From: Eledone cirrhosa
Taxonomy: Eukaryota
Assembly (NCBI GenBank): GCA_964016885.1
Contig: OZ024762.1
Span: 22,816,001 to 22,880,000 of the forward strand
Direction: 5' to 3'
Length of the DNA stretch: 64,000 nt
Of this stretch, positions 28,291-41,278 are shown piece after piece. Position numbers and translations under genes: made by a program. The stretch's first letter is position 1. Each line of letters begins with the position of its first letter. The notes under the pieces were generated by a model. That model was given only the letters and a program-made list of their open reading frames with translations. It did no database searches and was not told the DNA's origin.

Positions 28291-28368
28291 ATTATATTGT
28301 GTTTTTATTACATAATATATATGTATTTAATATATGTATGTATATATATATTTATGTATTTCAAATAT

Positions 28369-28783
28369 AATTGTTTCTACTTTTGGCACAAGGCCAGCAA
28401 TTATCCCAGTGCATTACTGGTACTTCATTCTATCGACCCCGTAAGTATGAAAGGCAAAGTTAACCTCGGTGGGATTTGAACTCAGAATGGCAAGGGCCGT
28501 AACTCTATGCGTCAAAGCATGGCATCCGACTCTCTACCAATACTGCCAATCCACCGCCCTATATAATAGTTTCTGATTAGCCACAAGGCCAAACATGTTT
28601 GGGGAGGGAAACATCAGTTAAATTGACACCAGTACATTACTGGTACTTTATTTTATCGACCCCGTAAGGATAAAAGGCAAAGTTAACCTCGGTGGGATTT
28701 GAACTCAGAATGGCAAGCACCGTAGCTCTATGCGTCAAAGCATGGCGTCCGACCCTCTACCGATACTGCCAATCCACCGCCCT
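28369..28783 (-). mobile_element. two tandem main-family SINE copies
   Basis: Head, core and tail motifs twice on the minus strand. Confidence 0.9.
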
Positions 28784-29323
28784 CAAACGTAAAAATCTGT
28801 AATCCCCCTGTAAACTTATCCTGGTTTCATGGCATGAAGGGTAAAACAGTACAAACTCCCGCCTCATGGACATGACGCCAGTCCATCTCAATGTTAATCA
28901 GCTACCTCACGAGCCTTCTCGAATAAGACAAACTTTAGACTTAGACTTTAGAATGTAATCTGGTTCGTAACAACTGATTTTTTTCTATGTAGTCCAACAC
29001 TTTAAGCATTGAACGATCAAAATACTCCGGTTAGCAAAACTAGAACAAACCAACCATTTAAAAAGAGAGAAGATTCACAGATAAACATCTTTTCCCAACG
29101 TGATCTAGTTCAAAATTAATGACTCATGATGCCACGATTTATATTGGTATGTATAAAAATGTATATATATACACACACTCACACAAACACACACACACAC
29201 AAATATATATATATACATATATATATGAACATATATATATATGTACATACACCTATATACACACATACACACAAACATGTACAGTATGTATATACATACA
29301 CATATACACACATGTATATACAT

Positions 29324-29368
<45 letters not shown>

Positions 29369-29530
29369 TATATATACACACTCATGTATATATAAACATT
29401 ATATAAGTATTTATATATATACATATATATATATATATATGCACACATATATATACACATCTCTCTATATATACATCTATATATGTATATAAATATATAT
29501 ACATATTTAAATAAATCTGTATATGCATAT

Positions 29531-29577
<47 letters not shown>

Positions 29578-29602
29578 CACACACACACATACATACACAC
29601 AC

Positions 29603-29640
<38 letters not shown>

Positions 29641-29840
29641 TTACACACACACACACACACTTATGCAAAGAGAGAGACGGAGATGGAGAGATAATATGAT
29701 TGAAGATTTTTATCTTTTAGCAAGAATACCTAAATGCTTAATAAGCAAAATATACAATATGGCGTCTTAAGAAGTTTCTAGAGATATTCCCACTGCTAGC
29801 AGTGTCACTGGGTTTAGAATGGAGTGTGTTTATGTTAATA

Positions 29841-29892
<52 letters not shown>

Positions 29893-30049
29893 GAAAGGTA
29901 TAGAAATTGTTTTAGCGATAAGCTAACAGTATTCCATTATACATACACGTACGTGTGTATTTGTCTATATATGCATATATATGTGTGTGTATATAGATAC
30001 ATATATATGTATGGATATATGTGTGTATATAGATATATATAAATGTGTA

Positions 30050-30423
30050 TGGTCAGGTCACCAGTTGGTGCTACTGGTAACATGTATCCCAGTACAACCT
30101 GTCTCATGGTCGGATCGTTGCCGACTAAACTGGCAACCCCACCAAGGTTTCTTGGTGAGGTGGGTGACTTGGGACATCCTGCAGGACTAAAAACAAAACC
30201 TGTCAAAGGGCAAAGGAGCTCTTAAGAGTCAATGGCCATCGAAAATCACCGGGAGAGATGACCCCTTAGCCTTTGTCAAGGCAGAATTCTAGGGGAAGGA
30301 AAACTCTGATATAACACCTGCAACTCTCATGGTATCCAATGATGTTGACTTGTTCTTCTTTTTGGTAAATATCATCTTGGTTAAGAGAGTGGGACTGGCT
30401 TTGTGCAGTGCCTTTGCTCACTA
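30050..30423 (+). mobile_element. dispersed repeat resembling a LINE (RTE-like) 5' UTR
   Basis: Highly similar inverted copy at about 48795-49115; contains GGAAGGAAAACTCTGATATAACACC. RTE assignment is from recalled motif similarity only. Confidence 0.55.
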
Positions 30424-30799
30424 TTATTGTTGCTAACAATTATTGTTGTAGCAGTTGTTATTGTTGTTGTTGTAGCAGTTGTTATTGTTGTTGTTGTTTT
30501 CCTAGGTGCTTTTGTTATTGTTGCTGTTGATCATATTGTCGTTGCTATGGTTAATGTTTTTTGTTGTTGCTGTCCTTGTTGCTGTGGTTAATAGCTGTTG
30601 TTGCTGTGGTTAATAGCTGTTGTTGCTGTGGTTAATAGCTGTTGTTGTTGTTGCTCTTATTGTAGTTGTTGCTGTGGTCAATGGTTGTTGTTGGTAGTGT
30701 TGTTGTTGTTGTTGCAGATGTCAGCGTTCGATTTTTTTTATTGGGTTTTGTTTCTGAGTTAATATAATACTGATATGAATTATAAAAATGTTAATCGTA

Positions 30800-31630
30800 A
30801 TGATGATGATGATGATGGTGGTGGGTGATGGTGAAGGTGGTGGTGGTGGTGGTGGTATGTGTTGATGACGGTGGTGGGTGGTGGTGATGGTGGTGGTGGT
30901 GATGGTGGTGGTGGTGATGGTGGTGGTGGGTGATGGTGAAGGTGGTGGTGGTGGTGGTACGTGTTGATGACGGTGGTGGATGATGGTGATGGTGGTGGTG
31001 GTGGTATGTGTTGATGACGGTGGTGGGTGGTGGTGATGGTGGTGGCGGTGGTGATGGTGGTGGTGGTGATGGTGGTGGTGGTGGGTGGTGGTGGTGGGTG
31101 ATGGTGAAGGTGGTGGTGGTACGTGTTGATGACGGTGGTGGGTGATGGTGAAGGTGGTGGTGGTGGTGGTGGTATGTGTTGATGACGGTGGTGGGTGGTG
31201 GTGATGGTGGTGGCGGTGGTGATGGTGGCGGCGGTGATGATGGTGGTGGTGATGGTGGTGGTGGTGGTATGTGTTGATGATGAAGGGGGTGGGTGATGGT
31301 GAAGGTGATGGTGGTGTTGATGGTGGTGGTGGTGGTGAATGTGGTGGTGGTGATGGTGGTGGTGGCGGTGGTGGCGGTGGTGGTGGTGATGGCGGTGGTG
31401 GTATGTGTTGATGACGTTGGTGGGTGATGGTGAAGGTGGTGATGGTGATGAAGATGGTGAAGGTGGTGGTGGTGGTGGTGGTGAAGGTGGTGATGGTGGT
31501 AGTAGTGTGTGTTGATGATGACGGTGGTGGGTGATAGTGAAGGTGGTGATGGTGGTGGTGGTGGTGATGATGATGATGCTAGTGATGATGATGATGCTAG
31601 TGATGATGATGATGATGCTAGTGATGAAGC
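30800..31630. repeat. (GGT/GAT)n repeat with higher-order units
   Basis: Recurrent GGTATGTGTTGATGACGGTGGTGGG landmark. Confidence 0.95.
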
Positions 31631-31767
31631 TAATTTCGGCAGAGGCGGGAAAACGTAGTGAACACCTGCAAACTTCAAAAAGTATCCTTCCATTATAGCA
31701 GGGAAAAAAGAAATTTCGAAACGAAGGGTTATAAATAATAGAACGCACCCGTATATTATATACACAC

Positions 31768-31806
<39 letters not shown>

Positions 31807-32675
31807 TATATATATATATATACACACACATATATATATATATACACACACACATATATATATATACACATATACATATATAATCAGCTATTTAATCATA
31901 CGCGTACATACATATACACCTATATATGTATGTACATGCATATATCTATCTATATATATACACACACACATATATATATATACACATATACATATATACA
32001 CTCACATATATATATACACATATACATATATATATATACACTCACATATATATATATACACATATACATATATAATCAGCTATTTAATCATACGCGTACA
32101 TACATATACACCTATGTATGTACATGCATATATCTATCTATATATATACACACACACACATATATATATATATATACACATATACATATATATATATATA
32201 CACTCACATATATATATATATACGCATATACATATATACACTCCCATATATATATACACATATACATATATAATCAGCTATTTAATCATACGCGTACATA
32301 CATATACACCTATATATGTATGTACATGCATATATATATCTATATATATACATGCACATATATATATGTATATATATTGACATACGTGCATATACCCATA
32401 TGCATATACATATTCTTAAATATGCATGCATATAGATATAAAGAGAGAGAGGGGGAGATATAGAGAGGGGGAGGCACATAGAGAGAGGGAGAGGCACAGA
32501 GAGAGAGAGAGAGAGAGATAGAGGCACAGACAGACAAAGAGCTATATGGGTGTGTGTGTGTGTGTATACATATATACATACACGTAGGTGCGTGTACGAA
32601 TATATGTGCTTCTGTGTGTGTCCGTGTCTGTCTATGTGTGTGTGTCTATGTGTATCTGTGTGTGTATCTATGTGT

Positions 32676-32712
<37 letters not shown>

Positions 32713-32751
32713 AAGTCATGAAGTAACCACACAAACACTCACAAACAAATT

Positions 32752-34925
32752 TACGTGAGTCGACTAAAAAGTGCATTAGCTAAGAGAGTAATGCTAGAGC
32801 TGTAAAATCTTGCATGCATTATTTGCTACTTTTCTTAGTAATAACTGCATTGTTTCTTTCTAGAGACTATGTAGAAAAATAAACCTCTTTTGGTCATTCC
32901 ATGAGAGTATCTTGGTCAGCCTATGAAGGAGGGATGTTAGAACTCTGAAATCTTGGTCAGCTCATGAAGGAGTGATGCTAGAGCTGTGAAATATTGCATG
33001 CTGAAAAATAAACCTCATTTGGTCATTCCATGAGAGTATCTTGGTCAGCCTATGAAGGAGTGATGTTAGAACTCTGAAATCTTGGTCAGCTCATGAAGGA
33101 GTGATGCTAGAGCTGTGAAATATTGCATGCATTAGTTTCAACAGTTCTTCACTGCAGAGTTTCTTTCCAGGAACTATGTTAAAACACAAACCTCATTTAG
33201 TCATTCCGTGAGAGTATCTTGGTCAGCCTATGAAGGAGTGATGTTAGGGCTGTGAAATCTTGCATGCATTAACTCCAACTATTTCTTAGTGATAACTGCA
33301 TTGTTTCTTTCAAGGGACTATGTGAAAGATAAACCTCATTTGGTCATTGCATGAGAGTATCTTGGTCAGACTATGAAGGAGTGATGTTAGAGCTGTGAAA
33401 TCTTGCATGCATTAACTCAAACTATTTCTTAGTAATAACTGCATTGTTTCTTTCAAGGGACTATGTGAAAGATAAACCTCATTTGGTCATTGCATGAGAG
33501 TATCTTGGTCAGCCTATGAAGGAGTGATGTTAGAGCTGTGAAATCTTGCATGCATTAACTCCAACTATTTCTTAGTAATAACTGCATTGTTTCTTTCAAG
33601 GGACTATGTGAAAGATAAACCTCATTTGGTCATTGCATGAGAGTATCTTGGTCAGACTATGAAGGAGTGATGTTAGAGCTGTGAAATCTTGCATGCATTA
33701 ACTCCAACTATTTCTTAGTAATAACTGCATTGTTTCTTTCAAGGGACTATGTGAAAGATAAACCTCATTTGGTCATTGCATGAGAGTATCTTGGTCAGAC
33801 TATGAAGGAGTGATGTTAGAGCTGTGAAATCTTGCATGCATTAACTCCAACTATTTCTTAGTAATAACTGCATTGTTTCTTTCAAGGGACTATGTGAAAG
33901 ATAAACCTCATTTGGTCATTGCATGAGAGTATCTTGGTCAGCCTATGAAGGAGTGATGTTAGAGCTGTGAAATCTTGCATGCATTAACTCAAACTATTTC
34001 TTAGTAATAACTGCATTGTTTCTTTCAAGGGACTATGTGAAAGATAAACCTCATTTGGTCATTGCATGAGAGTATCTTGGTCAGCCTATGAAGGAGTGAT
34101 GTTAGAGCTGTGAAATCTTGCATGCATTAACTCCAACTATTTCTTAGTAATAACTGCATTGTTTCTTTCAAGGGACTATGTGAAAGATAAACCTCATTTG
34201 GTCATTGCATGAGAGTATCTTGGTCAGACTATGAAGGAGTGATGTTAGAGCTGTGAAATCTTGCATGCATTAACTCCAACTATTTCTTAGTAATAACTGC
34301 ATTGTTTCTTTCAAGGGACTATGTGAAAGATAAACCTCATTTGGTCATTGCATGAGAGTATCTTGGTCAGACTATGAAGGAGTGATGTTAGAGCTGTGAA
34401 ATCTTGCATGCATTAACTCCAACTATTTCTTAGTAATAACTGCATTGTTTCTTTCAAGGGACTATGTGAAAGATAAACCTCATTTGGTCATTGCATGAGA
34501 GTATCTTGGTCAGACTATGAAGGAGTGATGTTAGAGCTGTGAAATCTTGCATGCATTAACTCCAACTATTTCTTAGTAATAACTGCATTGTTTCTTTCAA
34601 GGGACTATGTGAAAGATAAACCTCATTTGGTCATTGCATGAGAGTATCTTGGTCAGATTATGAAGGAGTGATGTTAGAGCTGTGAAATCTTGCATGCATT
34701 AACTCCAACTATTTCTTAGTAATAACTGCATTGTTTCTTTCAAGGGACTATGTGAAAGATAAACCTCATTTGGTCATTGCATGAGAGTATCTTGGTCAGA
34801 CTATGAAGGAGTGATGTTAGGGCTGTGAAATCTTGCATGCATTAATTTCAACTCTTACTAACTCCGTTGCTTCTATCTAGAGACTATGTTGAAAAATAAC
34901 TCTCATTTGGTCATTCCATGAGAGT
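32752..34925 (+). repeat. 143-bp tandem satellite derived from a mariner-type MITE
   Basis: TGGTCATTGC recurs at 33341, 33484, 33627 and so on to 34771; about 12 units plus degenerate units from 32790; decayed left TIR TACGTGAGTCGACTAAAAAG at 32752; same sequence as the MITE at 58658-59003. Confidence 0.9.
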
Positions 34926-35049
34926 ACCGTTTTTTATTGATTCAAAGTATGAAAGGCAAACTTGATCTTGACAGGATTTGAATTCAGAGATTATTGAGCC
35001 AGAGGGAGTATTGACAATCATTCTATATGACACCCACTTATTGATATTG

Positions 35050-36291
35050 TGTTTAAATAGGGTCCCGTAACCCCTGATAGAGTCGTAGAGGCGCTGTATT
35101 GACATACGCCGTTTCTTGTGCATTTTTTACAGCCTAGTGGAGCCCATCCCTCTCCTGGCCTGACCTGGTGGAGCCCATCCCTCTCCTGGCCTGACCTGAC
35201 GGAGCCCATCCCTCTCCTGGCCTGACCTGGTGGAGCCCATCCCTCTACAGGTCTGACCTGGAGGAGCCCATCCCTCTCCAGGCCTGACCTGGCGGAGCCC
35301 ATCCCTCTCCAGGCCTGACCTGGCGGAGCCCATCCCTCTCCTGGCCTGACCTGATGGAGCCCATCCCTCTCCTGGCCTGACCTGATGGAGCCCATCCCTC
35401 TCCTGGCCTGACCTGGCGGAGCCCATCCCTCTCCTGGCCTGACCTGGCGGAGCCCATCCCTCTCTTGGCCTGACCTGGCGGAGCCCATCCCTCTCCTGGC
35501 CTGACCTGATGGAGCCCATCCCTCTCCTGGCCTGACCTGATGGAGCCCATCCCTCTCCTGGCCTGACCTGATGGAGCCCATCCCTCTCCTGGTCTGACCT
35601 GGCGGAGCCCATCCCTCTCCTGGCCTGACCTGGCGGAGCCCATCCCTCTCCTGGCCTGACCTAGTGGAGCCCTTCCCTCTCCTGGCCTGACCTGGCGGAG
35701 CCCATCCCTCTCCTGGCCTGACGTGGCGGAGCCCATCCCTCTCCTGGCCTGACCTGACGGAGCCCATCCCTCTCCTGGCCTGACCTGGCGGAGCCCATCC
35801 CTCTCCTGGCCTGACCTGGCGGAGCCCATCCCTCTCCTGGCCTGACCTGGCGGAGCCCATCCCTCTCTTGGCCTGACCTGGTGGAGCCCATCCCTCTCCT
35901 GGCCTGACCTGGCGGAGCCCATCCCTCTCCTGGCCTGACCTAGTGGAGCCCATCCCTCTCCTGGCCTGACCTAGTGGAGCCCATCCCTCTCCTGGCCTGA
36001 CCTGGTGGAGCCCTTCCCTCTCCTGGTATGACCTAGTGGAGCCCTTCCCTCTCCAGGCTTGCGTACAGCAGAGTTCGTCTAGAGAAAGATAGAAAGTGGG
36101 ATAGAAGAAATGGTAAAGAGATATAGAGGAAGAATCTACCCCCAGTACAAGACTGGTACTTTTTTTATCAACCTCGAGAGGATGAAAGGCAAAGTTGACC
36201 TCGGCGGAATTTGATCTCAGAGAGCAGAGAGCTGGAACGAATATCACAAAGCATTCTATCTGACGTTCTAAGGACCCTGCCAATTCGCCAC

Positions 36292-36292
<1 letters not shown>
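35050..36292 (-). mobile_element. SINE subfamily copy containing an expanded 31-bp minisatellite
   Basis: SINE head and core at 36140-36292; flanks of the array match 59350-59885 and the unexpanded copy at 11690-11850. Confidence 0.85.
35134..36058. repeat. 31-bp GC-rich minisatellite (GGAGCCCATCCCTCTCCTGGCCTGACCTGGC), about 30 units
   Basis: Seen directly. Confidence 0.97.
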
Positions 36293-36345
<53 letters not shown>

Positions 36346-37089
36346 CCAGGTATAATATATAAAATACAAATCATTCTATCCGCGGTTCTAACGACTGCCA
36401 ATTCCACACCTTATAACTGAAATTACATTCAGTCTAAAAATGTTTAGTCATGTGCTCTATATGTTAGGGAAGACCACTCTGTGTCTTTCTCGCTCTTAAG
36501 ACCAATGAAAGGATGGCGTTTACAGCTGACTGAAACTTTGGCAAGTCTATGACTGCAGAAAAGATATGAGTAAGGAAAGAATATCAAGCAAAAGACGTCG
36601 TAGACCCGAGATGGGGGGTAGAAAGTGAACAAAATATGGTCGATGAAAGAAGAAAGAGACATGTGTATCTCTAATAAAAATTGCCATCAATGTCAACCTC
36701 CACACCCCAGGATTCCAAATTCTAACCAAAATCAAAAAAGGAAAGAAAAAAACCCGAAACCAGTGGAAATATAAAAATTGAGTGTCTCGAACAAAAAAAA
36801 AATAAACAAAAAAAAACAAAAGAGAAAACAGAGCAATTGAAAGAATTATCCTAAAATGTGTCAACAACAGCAACAGCATCAATAACAAACAGCAACAGCA
36901 TCAATAACCAACAGCATCAGTAACAGCAGCACTACCATATTAAATGAGCAGCAACAGTAATAGTACAAAAAGCATAAATCTGGCAAAGTTCCAATCTTCA
37001 CAGGAAGCTAGACTTGAAATATCTCCAAGAACAGGAAAAGTTTAAATAAAAAAATTATTGCTACCCAAATACGGAAATACATAAAATAG

Positions 37090-38530
37090 TAATGTGTGCG
37101 GGCGCCAGAAGCCATAGACATCATAATATGCTAGAAATAGCAGCCAGATTCCACTCGAAAGGGTTTCATATCATGATGGCGTATATGGACCAGTATAACA
37201 AACCTGCGTCCATATTAATTTGTGCGGGCGCCTGAAGCCATAGATATCAGTGTAGGCTAGAAATAGCAGCCAGATTCTACTCGAATTTCATATTAGTATA
37301 TTCTCAATGAAGGTGAAAATGAACCCGTATAACAAACCTGTGTCCTTATTAATGCGTCCGGGCATCAGAGGACATGGAAATCATATGCTAGAAATAGCAG
37401 CCAGATTCCACAAACGGTATATTTTCAATGAAGGCGAATATGAACCCGTATAACAAACCTGCGCCCATATTAATGTGTGCAGGCGCCAGAAGCCATAGAC
37501 ATCAGCATATGCTAGAAATAGCAGCCAGCTTCCTCTCGAACGGGTTTCATATCATGAAGGCGAATATGGTCCATTATAATGATTTCTTATATAGGCACAA
37601 GGCCAGCAATTATGGGGGAGGGGAAAGTCGGGTAAATCGACCTCAGTGTATAACTGCTACTTTATTTTATCGACCTCGTAAGGATGAAAGGCAAAGTTAA
37701 CCTCGGTGGGATTTGAACTCAGATCATAAAGGGCCGTAACTATGCTACAAAGCATGGCGTCCGACGCTCTACCGATACTGCCAACCCACCACCCTCATAT
37801 GGTCCATTATAATAAACACGCATTAATATCAATGTGACCTGATGCCAGAAATTATAGACATCAACATATGCTAGAAATAGCAACAGGATTCCACTCGAAT
37901 TTCATATTAGTATATTTTCAATGAAGGCGAATATGAACCAGTATAACAAACCTGCGTCCATAATGTGTGCAGGCACCAGAGGACATGGAAATCAACATAT
38001 GCTAGAAATAGCAACAGGATTCCACTCGAATTTCATATTAGTATATTTTCAATGAAGGCGAATATGAACCAGTATAACAAACCTGCGTCCATAATGTGTG
38101 CAGGCACCAGAGGACATGGAAATCAACATATGCTAGAAATAGCAACAGGATTCCACTCGAATTTCATATTAGTATATTTTCAATGAAGGCGAATATGAAC
38201 CAGTATAACAAACCTGCGTCTATAATGTATGCAGGCGCTAGAGGACATGGTAATCAACATATGCTAGAAATAGCATCATGATTCCATTCGAACGAATTTC
38301 ATATCATGTAGGCGTATATGGGCCATTATAATAAAGAACCGATGCCAGAAACCATAGACAGCATATGCTAGAAATAGCAGCTTGATTCCACTCGAATGAA
38401 TTTTATATCAATATATATTCAACGAAGGCGTATACGGACCCGTATGAAAACACAAAATACATTAATAGTCTTGGGTGTTGGTGCCAATCACTATAGACAC
38501 AAATATACGCTAGAAATAGCAACCACATCT
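37090..38530. repeat. ~131-bp tandem repeat, about 9-10 diverged units, interrupted by a SINE
   Basis: Near-identical units at 37965 and 38096; ATATGCTAGAAATAGCA landmark in each unit. Confidence 0.9.
37581..37796 (-). mobile_element. full-length main-family SINE with 17-bp target-site duplication
   Basis: ATATGGTCCATTATAAT at 37564-37580 and 37797-37813. Confidence 0.95.
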
Positions 38531-39091
38531 AATTGGAATAAATTTCATATTCACTTTAGAAAGGGGAAAATTGGTTAATATAGTCGAATATGTACTCAGC
38601 AAAAATGTTCATGCTTCCTGGAATTCACCAACACTAAAGCTGATATTCCCCCTCCATACACATGCACGCATGTGACCGTGTACATCATGACTCATACACT
38701 ATTCACTTTTCTGATATTTTTATATTATTCTATGTACAATACATGCACCTTTGATGAGTTGTACTGCACCTGAGCACTCTACACAATAAGGTTTATTATT
38801 ACACACGGGGTCGATAAAATAAAGTACCAGTAATGCACTGGGTGATTGCTGGCCTTGTGCATAAAGTAGAAACAATTATTACACACACACACATATATAT
38901 ATATATTTATACAAATTAATATATGATAAACACTAATACAATTATATACGTGTTAGTATTGCAAATACAAACACTTATATACTTGTATTAGTGTTTATCA
39001 TATATTAATTTGTATTTCACGGCTCAGAAATATCTCTTTCTTTGAGCTATTTAATTGTAAGAGACTGTTTGAGTTTATAACTCTATATATA

Positions 39092-39126
<35 letters not shown>

Positions 39127-39245
39127 CATACAGAAGCAGGCATGTATGTGTGTATATCATGACTCGTACACCCTTCACTTTCCTGATATTTCTACATTAT
39201 TCTATGTACCTTTGATGAGTTGTAGTGCACCTGAGCACTGTATAT

Positions 39246-39615
39246 CTGAGTTCAATTCCCGCCGAGGTTAACTTTGCCTTTCATCCTTACGGGGTCGATA
39301 AAATAAAGTACCAGTAATGTACTGGGATAATTGCTGGCCTTGTACCTAAAAGTAGAAACAATTATAAGGGTGTGGGTGAATTGGCAGTATCGGTAGAAGG
39401 TTGGACACCATGCTTTCCAGCAGAGTTACGTCCCTTTCTGGTCTGAGTTCAAATCCCGCCGAGGTTAACTTTGCCTTTCATCCTTACGGTGGGGTCGATA
39501 AAATAAAGTAACAGTAATGCACTGGAATAATTGCTGGCCCTGTGCCAAAATTAGAAACAATTATTACTATATTCAAAAGGATTTGTGCCTAAAGTAGAAA
39601 CAAATATTACTTTAT
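39246..39615 (+). mobile_element. two tandem main-family SINE copies
   Basis: B-box, core and tail twice. Confidence 0.9.
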
Positions 39616-40061
39616 TCACAACCACAACAACAACAACATCATTTCTAACAGCATATATAACCACAATGGTCGCATCGTGTGGTAGAGGTCGCGTGGTTTT
39701 GTGAGAGAGAAAGAGGAAACCAAAACAGAAAACAATATGTCCACTGTGTCAAAATTGTATTTTAGATAGCAATCAAATAAAGTAGACCCACTGGACATAG
39801 TTTAGATTCTAGTTTAGTGAAGAGCATTCCTGTGTGTGTGTTCCTGCGGCGTGTGTATATATGTGTGCTGGGCTGAGTGTTTCTGTAGCGTGTGTGTATG
39901 TATGTGTGCATGTATGTGTGTGTTTTGTATGTCGGTAATAAGAACAGAATTATATGTTACATCGATAAGACGTCGCCCTTAAGGATAAAAGACCAGACAT
40001 ACAGAAACCAACTAGGACTAGCAGTTAAGTTCGTTCACAGGCACATATACACACTTCATAA

Positions 40062-40109
<48 letters not shown>

Positions 40110-40304
40110 GCTGTTGAAATGTTGGGTAAATATTCTATGGCGGTTGGCCGCGAAGAGGCTGCTATCGTTTATTTATTTACTGTTTCTTCATAGGTGCCTT
40201 TTAATCTCATAGCCTGGTCTAATTGATTTTTTGTGTGGTTAATTATGCTAATTGGGAGAGGAAATGATGTATATATATTATCAAATGATTCTATGGACAT
40301 ACTT

Positions 40305-40344
<40 letters not shown>

Positions 40345-40350
<6 letters not shown>

Positions 40351-40546
40351 AAGGAATTGTGGTAAGGAACCAGATGGACCACAACGCACGAGAGTACTCA
40401 ATACTTAGGGTAGTAGAGTGGGAAATAGGAAAAAGTATGACCCCGACGGCAGATCTCAAGCTGTTTTGACGGCTATTTCTGGACTCGGCGTCCAGATATT
40501 GCTGTCGAAACGGCTTGAGCTCTGCCGTCGGTGTCATACTTTTTCC

Positions 40547-40550
<4 letters not shown>
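40345..40550. mobile_element. short element in (TA)n ending in a ~125-bp hairpin
   Basis: 40425-40549 self-complementary around GGAC TCGGC GTCC; relatives at 13540-13700 and 18262-18300. Confidence 0.75.
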
Positions 40551-40577
<27 letters not shown>

Positions 40578-40596
40578 CATATATATATATATTTAA

Positions 40597-40800
40597 AGGC
40601 GCGTGGCTAAGTGGTTAGAGAATTGGATTCGCAATCGTGAGGTTATGAGTTCAATTCCCGGACCGGGCGATGTGTTATATCCTTGAGCAAGACACTTTAT
40701 TTCACATTGCTCCTTCTACCTGAGAGATAGTATTAGCAATTGGAAAGACCAATGAAAGCATTGTTTCCTCGGTCCGATTTGATGAAAGTCGATCGACTGT
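40597..40800 (+). mobile_element. second-family SINE head fused to the same repeat as at 6010-6222
   Basis: GGCGCGTGGCTAAGTGGTTAG..GAGTTCAATTCCC..CCTTGAGCAAGACACTTT, then GATAGTATTAGCAATTGGAAAGACCAA..TCGATCGAC. Confidence 0.75.
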
Positions 40801-41086
40801 CTATATATATATATATATAAATATATATACATATACATGCACGTATGTATGTTTCTCTTTCTCTTAATTTCGAGGACATCCTTGTCCGGCCACCTTCCTG
40901 GTGGCAAGGCTGTAAAAGAAAAAAAATTGTCATCCCTTAAATCGGAAAAATGTTTTAGAAATGTTGAAGGTGCCAGCTATCGCAGCCATTTGTAGACTAT
41001 GAATTAGGGAGCTGCGCTCTTTATCCACAAATCCAAGTTCAGTTATACTTTGGTCCAAGTGGGTGATATATAACCTGTAGCTCCAA

Positions 41087-41278
41087 TAATTGTTTCTACT
41101 TTTGGCACAAGGCCAGCAATTACCCAGTACATTACTGGTACTTTATTTTATCGACCCCGTAAGGATGAAAGGCAAAGTTAACCTAACCACGGCGGGATTT
41201 GAACTCAGAATGGCAATGGCCGTAACTCTTTGCGTCAAAGCATGGCGTCCAACCCTCTACCGATACTGCCAATTCACA
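41087..41278 (-). mobile_element. main-family SINE
   Basis: Head, core and tail on the minus strand. Confidence 0.9.

Noticed and set aside
32752-36058. CRISPR-like arrays (143-bp and 31-bp; also 79-bp and 131-bp elsewhere)
   Set aside because: Units are contiguous tandem copies without unique spacers; no cas genes; eukaryotic TE origin evident.
35018-36343. 441-aa repetitive ORF
   Set aside because: Translation of a 31-bp VNTR inside a SINE, starting in a (GT)n tract.
37870-37883. GCTAGAAATAGCAA identical to part of the SpCas9 sgRNA scaffold
   Set aside because: Only a 14-nt GAAA-tetraloop hairpin; neither GTTTTAGA nor GTTAAAATAAGG flanks it, so it is coincidental.
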